The translations under genes were made by a program, and so were the position numbers. Below, one piece after another: positions 24,115 through 30,252 of a DNA stretch of 30,252 bases. The first letter of the stretch is position 1; the number at the start of each line of letters is the position of its first letter. The notes beneath the pieces are model-generated. The model did not search any database. It had not been told where the DNA came from and worked only from the letters and a program-made list of their open reading frames with translations. This stretch comes from a virus (Duplodnaviria; Caudoviricetes), in the IMG/VR virus record IMGVR_UViG_3300007983_000014, positions 1 through 30,252 of that record, one strand, 5' to 3'.

Positions 24115-24147
24115 GGAGCTTAGCGCGGCGTAATGTCGCGCGGCTCC
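24115..24147 (+). terminator. GC-rich hairpin after the capsid-associated genes (weak terminator or mRNA-stabilising stem)
   Basis: GGAGCT..GCGCGGCG-TAA-TGTCGCGC-GGCTCC; poor U-tract. Confidence 0.45.
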
Positions 24148-24167
24148 TTCAAAACTGGAGTACATAG

Positions 24168-24575
24168 ATGAGTTTGAAAGCAATTATTAACGGGACAGTT
24201 GTTCCGCATGGTGAGATTTTCCGCATCGCCAACAGTGTGAAGCCAGGCCACACGGAAAACATGTCGTCGAAGGCAAAAGCCGAATACGAGAAAAAGACTA
24301 AGGACGAGCAAAAAGTTGTCCGCGCTAGGTTTTCACTAAAGAAAAAGGCTGAGGTTTACAACGATATTGCACATATCGCGGGACCAGGTGAGCCAGTCAT
24401 TCAGTATCGATTTATTGATGGTCATACGTACGAAATCCCGAAAGGGCTAGCTGAAAAAGTGAACCGTGAAGGGAGACTGCCTAAGCGCGGCCAGCGCCTA
24501 AATGACGACGGCAGCATCACACCTCACGACAGCTACGAGATTGTTCGAGAATTTACACCCGTGGGTTTTGAATAG
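24168..24575 (+). CDS. Hypothetical virion-module protein
   Basis: 135 aa; GGAG SD; stop overlaps the next start. Confidence 0.7.
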   Translation: MSLKAIINGTVVPHGEIFRIANSVKPGHTENMSSKAKAEYEKKTKDEQKVVRARFSLKKKAEVYNDIAHIAGPGEPVIQYRFIDGHTYEIPKGLAEKVNREGRLPKRGQRLNDDGSITPHDSYEIVREFTPVGFE

Positions 24576-25522
24576 TGGTTAGCCCAGCTCCCAACACATT
24601 ACAAGCCGTTAAGAATACTGTGAGGAGAATTACAGCCTCTCCCGACCCTTCACAGCTCAGCGAATCTGATCTTGAGGAGTATATCAACGGCTTCTATGTG
24701 CAGGAGCTACCAGCCTCTATCAAAACCGACCAACTTAGAACGGTGCTGGAGATATTCACCACTCCGAATATCGATACATATGCCGTCGACGTGAACACCT
24801 ATCAGGAGCTTCAAGATCCTATCTTGGTCAATGGACGGATTGGCAATCTATTCAAGGATCGCTCCTCGTTTTATTCGCGTTGGAATCGTCAGAGTGTGCT
24901 CCAAACACCGGCTGTGGGGGATGGGACAACCGGACCCTACAGTTTTACTCTTAGCTCTGTTCCGATCTTACCGAACACACTTGTAATTGGCTCAACGGAC
25001 ACAGCGGGGAACGCGATCAAGATCGAAGATGATGGAGAGGGGAACCTTGTTGATGCAGGAACGACCGCATCCATTGGCTCGATCAACTACGCTACGGGTG
25101 CAGTCTCTGTAACCACTAGCGTTGCTGTCGCCTCTGGATCAAGTATCAACGTGTGGGGGTACTGGTATCAGCCAGGGTATCCCATAGATGTTCTGTACTG
25201 GAATAACGAGATTACCGTCAGGCCCGTTCCAAACGATGTCTATAGAATCGAAATCACCGCGATCCTCACGCCTACCGCATTTGCTGCAAATAGCTCTACA
25301 CCTGTAGTTGATCAGTGGTGGCAGTACGTCGCTCTGGGTGCTGCTGTTAAGATCATGCGAGACCGTCAAGACATGGATGGGGTGGCTAATATTACGCCTC
25401 TGATGGAAGAGCAGCGCGGTTTAATTCTTGAGAGGCAAGCGAATGAAGAGATAGGCCAAAGGAACAGCACGATCTACTCCGGTGAAGCCTCAATGTATAA
25501 CCGAGGCCCATACTGGACATGA
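24575..25522 (+). CDS. Putative head-tail adaptor (tail tubular A-like) with an inserted beta domain
   Basis: [14 protein letters not shown]-terminus, [15 protein letters not shown] and [10 protein letters not shown]; podovirus gene order. Confidence 0.65.
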   Translation: MVSPAPNTLQAVKNTVRRITASPDPSQLSESDLEEYINGFYVQELPASIKTDQLRTVLEIFTTPNIDTYAVDVNTYQELQDPILVNGRIGNLFKDRSSFYSRWNRQSVLQTPAVGDGTTGPYSFTLSSVPILPNTLVIGSTDTAGNAIKIEDDGEGNLVDAGTTASIGSINYATGAVSVTTSVAVASGSSINVWGYWYQPGYPIDVLYWNNEITVRPVPNDVYRIEITAILTPTAFAANSSTPVVDQWWQYVALGAAVKIMRDRQDMDGVANITPLMEEQRGLILERQANEEIGQRNSTIYSGEASMYNRGPYWT

Positions 25523-27972
25523 GTTATAAGCCGACTTACATCAAGGCATTTGAAACAGGGCTCATTGAAAAGCGCCCGAATTTCATTTTGCCGCAAGACG
25601 CATTTACGACCCTGTTTAATGCCTACGTGTATAGGCAAACTGTCCGCAGGAAGCTTGGCGTTACCACTGTTGGCCGCCTTCGCAGGCAGTTCACCGAGTT
25701 CACATTTTTAGATTCAGCAGCTAGCGTGTGGTCCTTCAACTTGTTAGCGTCTGCAGACATCATAGACATAGACGTATCAGGCTCCCCCACACTCGTTGTC
25801 ACAACAAACACAGCCCACGGTCTAACAAACGGCGACGAGGTGATCATAAACGATGTTGTGGGGACAGTCTCAGCAGACGTTAACGGGAATACATATACCG
25901 TCGCCAATGTCACTAGCACCACATTCGAAATCACACAGGCTACAGCAAACGCATACACAAGAGCGGGATGGATACAGTCAGATGCAAATTCTAGTTCAAG
26001 GGAGTCTACTGCTACTATTGAGTGTGGCAGCGTTGTCCTTACTTTCGATGGCGTTACTTTTACAGATAACGGACTTGGATCTTTAGTTGCAGACACAGAC
26101 CCAGGAACGAATATCGGGACCATCAACTATGTGACTGGAGCCGTCTCAATCACTCACGGCTTGACAACAGGCGTTGCCTCCACTCTCACATACAATTACT
26201 TCCCCGGCCTTCCCGTGATGGGTATCAAGCTCTATGAGCGTCCCGCAATCAACGTTGAGGAGACAATCGCCTTTGATACGCGCTATGCCTACATATTTCA
26301 AAGCGGGGGCTGGTCAGAGATAGGCGGAGGAGTCTACTGGAATGGCCTAAATAGTGACTTTTTTTGGCACCTAAATTACAGGTCCACACCCAACACCAAT
26401 CTTTTCTTCGCAACAAATTTCAACAAGGGCTCCACGCCAGATAGCATTTACTATTACGATAATTCAAGCTGGACGACCTTTGCGCCGGACATTGACTCAG
26501 GAAGCGCGAATCAGATGCACCAGGCACGTATTATGTTTGCGTGGCGTGGCAGAATGTGGGCGCTCAACACATACGAAGGCGACTCACTAGCTAATGCAAC
26601 CCAATTCCCTCAGCGTATTAGGTTCTCTCAGCTTGGCAACCCTATAGAGAGTGATGCATGGAATGATGATATCCGTGGAAAGGGCGACTTCTTCGACCTA
26701 CCCACATCAGAGCATATCGTGAGCATGGGATTCGTCCGGGATAACGTTGTTATCTATTGCGAGCGAAGCACTTGGCAGCTTAGATATGTGGGGAACAATG
26801 TCACCCCAGCAGTGGAAGAGAAGGTGAATACAGAGCTAGGCAGCGAGAGCACTTTTTCAGCTGTACAGTTCGACACGTCACTTGTCGGAGTGGGCGATAA
26901 AGCAATCGTATCTTGCGATTCCTTTAAATCGGTGCCTATCGACACAAAGATCATCGACTTTCCTTTCGAGATCCATAATGACAATGAAGGACCCAAAAGG
27001 GTCCACGGAATCAGAGACATTGAAAGGCGGCTCGTATACTGGACATATCCCGACCAGCAGGCAAACGGCACATTCCCGAATCGAGTCCTCTGCTACAACT
27101 ATGAGAATGAGAGCTGGGCCAAGTTTGGGGACAGCTTCACAACATACGGCTTCCTTCAGAGGCTCTCAGATGTTCGATGGCAAGATGTTCACATCACGTG
27201 GGAAGAGTATCACTATAGGTGGAACAGCGGACGACAGCAAAGCAGATACCCAAGGATCATCGCAGGCAATCAGCAGGGCTACACGCTTCTTGTTCAAGGC
27301 CAGGTGAGCAATGATAAGTCGCTGTTCATTTATGCGATCACAGGGGGAGCGTCACAAATTAGCCTCGAAGTCCCTTCACATAATTTGGAAAATGGATCCA
27401 TCATACAGATTTGCAATATACCCGCCTCGACTGGTTATGCTAGCGCCCTCAATGACAATTACTACCGGGTCGAAGTTGATGACGATGATAATATACTGCT
27501 AGAGAGCTATGACGCTGAAAACGATCTATGGGAACCCGTCATCGTTTCTAGCGCAACATACATTGGGTGCGGAGAAATACGCGTCCGCGATCAGATGCAA
27601 ATCATCTCGAAGAAGTTCAACCACTTGAACAAGGGTAGGAATATTCAGCTTGGTTACATTGACGTGCTTGCGGATAAAACCTCCGCCGGTGAGGTGACTT
27701 GCAACATCTATGCAGGCTATAGAGACGGCAACCCTGTCAATCAAACAGCCGACAGCATATTCCAAAGAGTGATATCAACGTCCCCCCCTCAGTTTTTCAC
27801 GTCAGATCAAGGCAAATATTGGCACCGCGTCTTCTCTCAGGTACAAGATTCTTTCGTGCAATTTGAAATAACTTATAATGATTCACAGATGGTGGGATCT
27901 GCGTATGCTGCAAACTTTCAGTTTGATTCCATCATCGTTTGGGCACGCCCATCAGGAGACCTAGGACTATGA
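25519..27972 (+). CDS. Putative tail nozzle / tubular B-like protein with FCCH-like insertions
   Basis: 817 aa, beta-rich; [10 protein letters not shown] and [12 protein letters not shown] motifs; follows the adaptor gene. Confidence 0.7.
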   Translation: MSYKPTYIKAFETGLIEKRPNFILPQDAFTTLFNAYVYRQTVRRKLGVTTVGRLRRQFTEFTFLDSAASVWSFNLLASADIIDIDVSGSPTLVVTTNTAHGLTNGDEVIINDVVGTVSADVNGNTYTVANVTSTTFEITQATANAYTRAGWIQSDANSSSRESTATIECGSVVLTFDGVTFTDNGLGSLVADTDPGTNIGTINYVTGAVSITHGLTTGVASTLTYNYFPGLPVMGIKLYERPAINVEETIAFDTRYAYIFQSGGWSEIGGGVYWNGLNSDFFWHLNYRSTPNTNLFFATNFNKGSTPDSIYYYDNSSWTTFAPDIDSGSANQMHQARIMFAWRGRMWALNTYEGDSLANATQFPQRIRFSQLGNPIESDAWNDDIRGKGDFFDLPTSEHIVSMGFVRDNVVIYCERSTWQLRYVGNNVTPAVEEKVNTELGSESTFSAVQFDTSLVGVGDKAIVSCDSFKSVPIDTKIIDFPFEIHNDNEGPKRVHGIRDIERRLVYWTYPDQQANGTFPNRVLCYNYENESWAKFGDSFTTYGFLQRLSDVRWQDVHITWEEYHYRWNSGRQQSRYPRIIAGNQQGYTLLVQGQVSNDKSLFIYAITGGASQISLEVPSHNLENGSIIQICNIPASTGYASALNDNYYRVEVDDDDNILLESYDAENDLWEPVIVSSATYIGCGEIRVRDQMQIISKKFNHLNKGRNIQLGYIDVLADKTSAGEVTCNIYAGYRDGNPVNQTADSIFQRVISTSPPQFFTSDQGKYWHRVFSQVQDSFVQFEITYNDSQMVGSAYAANFQFDSIIVWARPSGDLGL

Positions 27973-28568
27973 CTTACACGCCAGGGATACCTTTACCAAC
28001 CGACTACATCGATGAGAGTCAGCCAATCATCAAAGCGAACTTCGACGCGCTTGATTCTGTCTTTGACGTAGACCACTACAAGTTTTCAGATGCTACGGCG
28101 GATCTTGGAAAGCATAAGACGGTGACCACACCGGCAGAGTCAAGCCATCCAAGCACATCGGCAGACGAGCCTGTGTTTTACGCATATGAGGACCTAGCGG
28201 CAATTGGCGTGCTTCAATATAGCCGAGCGGGTTCAGATGCTGTGCCTTCTCCAGTTACTCATCTGCAGGGCACCATAGCATCCCTTGCAGGTGCAACGAA
28301 TGAAACCATACTAGACTTCAGCGGGCTAACCTACGCATCGGGTCATGTATCTGCAAGAAGCGATAAAGCGGCTGAGGAAGGAATATATTATATATTTTCA
28401 TTCAGAAATGGAGCCACCGCAGAGCTTGTGGTCAATGGTGTTGTGACCAGCGGAACATTTTTAGCGATAGCGTCTGGAACTGCTTTACAGTTAAGAAACG
28501 GAGACCCTGGTGCCGCAATTAGCGACGTGCGCTGGACGATAAATTTTGACAGGATCGAGGTGAGCTAG
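27969..28568 (+). CDS. Putative tail-associated protein
   Basis: ATG 27969 overlaps the upstream TGA (track start 27939); MTYTPGIP...[12 protein letters not shown]-terminus. Confidence 0.65.
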   Translation: MTYTPGIPLPTDYIDESQPIIKANFDALDSVFDVDHYKFSDATADLGKHKTVTTPAESSHPSTSADEPVFYAYEDLAAIGVLQYSRAGSDAVPSPVTHLQGTIASLAGATNETILDFSGLTYASGHVSARSDKAAEEGIYYIFSFRNGATAELVVNGVVTSGTFLAIASGTALQLRNGDPGAAISDVRWTINFDRIEVS

Positions 28569-29095
28569 TGGCAACACCCAACGATACCCTTCAGCAGTTT
28601 GCACCGGTCTACGACTACATTCCTGAGGACTGGCAGGAAGCACGGCGTTTGATCACAAACAGCCTTAGAGTGACGACGGAAGTTGCAAACGACAGTGTAA
28701 AGCCGTTTTACATCGAGCAAGAGGTTTTAGCCGGAAAGCGATGGGAGCCTTCAGCTCGTAGCTCTTTGAACGAGCCGAACACATTCAGAAACGTTTTCCG
28801 TAAGGTCGTTGATCTTGGCGGCCTCAACGACTTCAGCACGACGAGCCCACAAAACGTCGCTCACGGCATTGATACGACAGAGAACACATTTATTACCGCG
28901 CTCTATGGAGCAGCAACAGACCCCGCCGCTTCATCACTCAATTCCGCGTTCCCGCTGCCATACGTCGATACAAGTGCGCTATCGGCGTGCATCGAGCTAA
29001 GGATGGACGACACTAATCTCATTCTAGTGAGCGGGACGGACTACTCAGCCTATACTGAAGCGTGGGTTGTAATCGAATACGTACAGGAGGCCTAG
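28568..29095 (+). CDS. Putative tail-associated protein
   Basis: FRKVVDLGGL...VAHGI...VVIEYV beta domain; coupled start. Confidence 0.65.
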   Translation: MATPNDTLQQFAPVYDYIPEDWQEARRLITNSLRVTTEVANDSVKPFYIEQEVLAGKRWEPSARSSLNEPNTFRNVFRKVVDLGGLNDFSTTSPQNVAHGIDTTENTFITALYGAATDPAASSLNSAFPLPYVDTSALSACIELRMDDTNLILVSGTDYSAYTEAWVVIEYVQEA

Positions 29096-29097
29096 AA

Positions 29098-29670
29098 ATG
29101 GCTAGCTTATTTTCACGACTCTCAGAACTACTATTCGGCCAGCCTAACCAGGTCAAAAATGTAGATACTATGACGGGCCAGCAGCGCGAGGCCATGAACA
29201 GCCTCCTTAGCATGCTTGGGCAAGAAGGCGGTGGATTCTCACAAGCAGCTCAGTATTACCAGGATCTATTGCAGCCGGGTAGCGAAGCCGCAGAGGCATT
29301 TGCAGCGCCTGAGATGAGGCGCTACCAAGAAGAAATCCTTCCAGGGCTTGCAGAAAGGTTCGCAGGGATGGGCTCCGGGGGTGTGCTTGGTGGGTCATCA
29401 TTCCAAAAGTCAGCCCTTCGAGAAGGAAGCAATCTCGCAGAGAGGCTTGCAGCAATTCGCGCAGGAACTCAACAGCAGGGAGCCGCTGGACTAACTGGAC
29501 TTGGTCAACTTGCAGCTCAACCACAGTTCCAGCCTGTCCTACAGCAGGGTACACCAGGAATATTCGGAGGGTTGGCAATGGGCGCGGGACAAGGCATTGG
29601 TTCAGCACTTGGAAATCCTGGAGGCCAATACCTTAGCAGCCTGTTTAAGAATAGCTCACAAGGGATATAG
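29098..29670 (+). CDS. Gly/Gln-rich putative DNA-ejection (pilot) protein
   Basis: AGGAGG SD precedes ATG 29098 (track start 29062); Gly-rich hydrophobic C-terminal segment. Confidence 0.65.
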   Translation: MASLFSRLSELLFGQPNQVKNVDTMTGQQREAMNSLLSMLGQEGGGFSQAAQYYQDLLQPGSEAAEAFAAPEMRRYQEEILPGLAERFAGMGSGGVLGGSSFQKSALREGSNLAERLAAIRAGTQQQGAAGLTGLGQLAAQPQFQPVLQQGTPGIFGGLAMGAGQGIGSALGNPGGQYLSSLFKNSSQGI

Positions 29671-29672
29671 AG

Positions 29673-30252
29673 ATGGTTCAAGTGTTTCAGCCCTTCGACC
29701 TGGGGGGAGAGATTGGAAAAGCAGTCGGAAAAGGATTTGGTGAGCAAGCGCAAAGACAAGTAGGCGCTTCGATGGTCGGCGAGCAGCTAGACGCACTCCG
29801 TGACGCTTACGGCAAAGAGGGAAGCCAGCTAAACACATTCGATGTGCTTAAAGGCATCACTACCGCAGGGATGTTACTCCCACCTGAACAAGCCGCAGCA
29901 TTCCAAAAGACAGCACCCGCATTAATGTCAGAGTTTCAACGTCAGCGTTCAATGCGTGATCTTGATCAACCGACAGGTCAAGGCTCCTCTGTGCAAGACA
30001 CTACACAACTTCGCGACCAGGGACAGCAGGCGCAGCAAGCGCAGCAGATAGGTGATAGGCAGCCTGGACAGCAAGGGCAGCCTAAAAGCTCTACAGAAGA
30101 AAGCTTTGAGTACATCAGCACTCTTCAAGATCCAGAGGCACTGAAAGCTGAGCTTGAAAGGGATTTTGTCTTTCCACAGCAGGAGTATAGCCAGCGCGTT
30201 AATCAGAGAATGGCAACATCTGCTGCAACTCGTCAAGATGCTGAGGAATACG
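29673..30252 (+). CDS. N-terminal part of a putative ejection protein, continuing at position 1 (absent from the track)
   Basis: ATG 29673 (MVQVFQPFDLGGEIGKAVGKGFGEQ...) stays open to the last base. Confidence 0.8.
   Translation, partial: MVQVFQPFDLGGEIGKAVGKGFGEQAQRQVGASMVGEQLDALRDAYGKEGSQLNTFDVLKGITTAGMLLPPEQAAAFQKTAPALMSEFQRQRSMRDLDQPTGQGSSVQDTTQLRDQGQQAQQAQQIGDRQPGQQGQPKSSTEESFEYISTLQDPEALKAELERDFVFPQQEYSQRVNQRMATSAATRQDAEEY

Larger units (their letters stand above)
1..30252. mobile_element. Probably complete, circularly permuted genome of a small podovirus-like tailed phage (possible phage-plasmid)
   Basis: Head, packaging, tail, replication and recombination modules are all present. 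The terminal ORF joins in frame across the window ends. No host housekeeping genes are seen. Confidence 0.9.

Noticed and set aside
23117-27972. Ubiquitin-system function of the FCCH-like modules
   Set aside because: These beta modules are common in phage structural proteins, and no E1 catalytic or adenylation motifs are present.
14-30236. Most other short alternate-frame or antisense ORFs in the track (e.g. 8853..9278, 11943..12302, 21148..21630, 25623..26126, 29207..29608)
   Set aside because: They shadow well-supported genes and lack RBS or recognisable motifs, unlike the alpha-CTD-like and FtsK-gamma-like ORFs that were kept.
1-30252. Genome-wide stop-codon reassignment suggested by the two in-frame stops
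   Set aside because: TGA (869, 20176, 25522) and TAG (5163, 24575, 28568) end genes at tight junctions, and long genes are uninterrupted under the standard code.

Overview
This window appears to be a complete, circularly permuted ~30.3-kb genome of a small tailed (podovirus-type) phage. The ORF running off the right end (from 29673) continues in frame into the ORF at 1..869. The virion module (+ strand, ~16.2 kb to the end, then 1..5.2 kb) encodes TerS, a PBSX-type TerL, a P22-like portal, a scaffold, an N4-gp56-like major capsid, adaptor/nozzle/fibre proteins, ejection-type proteins and a holin-like protein. A leftward early operon carries ERF, YqaJ exonuclease and a ParB-like protein. A rightward operon carries a Cro-like HTH, an Hc1-like protein, a replication initiator with internal iterons plus a truncated paralogue, RusA, an SSB-like protein and a ParB-MTase. 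I see no integrase, CI-type repressor or endolysin. Three features may replace them. (1) A dif-like XerCD site overlaps the stop codon of a stand-alone 47-aa FtsK-gamma-like gene, a candidate self-activating Xer module. (2) Four promoter-plus-terminator small-RNA units lie at 5.63-6.15 kb, and one is extensively complementary to the 5' UTR/RBS of the early operon. (3) A plasmid-style antisense-RNA translational switch precedes the replication gene. Together these suggest a Xer-exploiting, RNA-regulated phage-plasmid, possibly of a Chlamydiae-like host (inference only). All family assignments come from motif recognition by eye; no searches were run.
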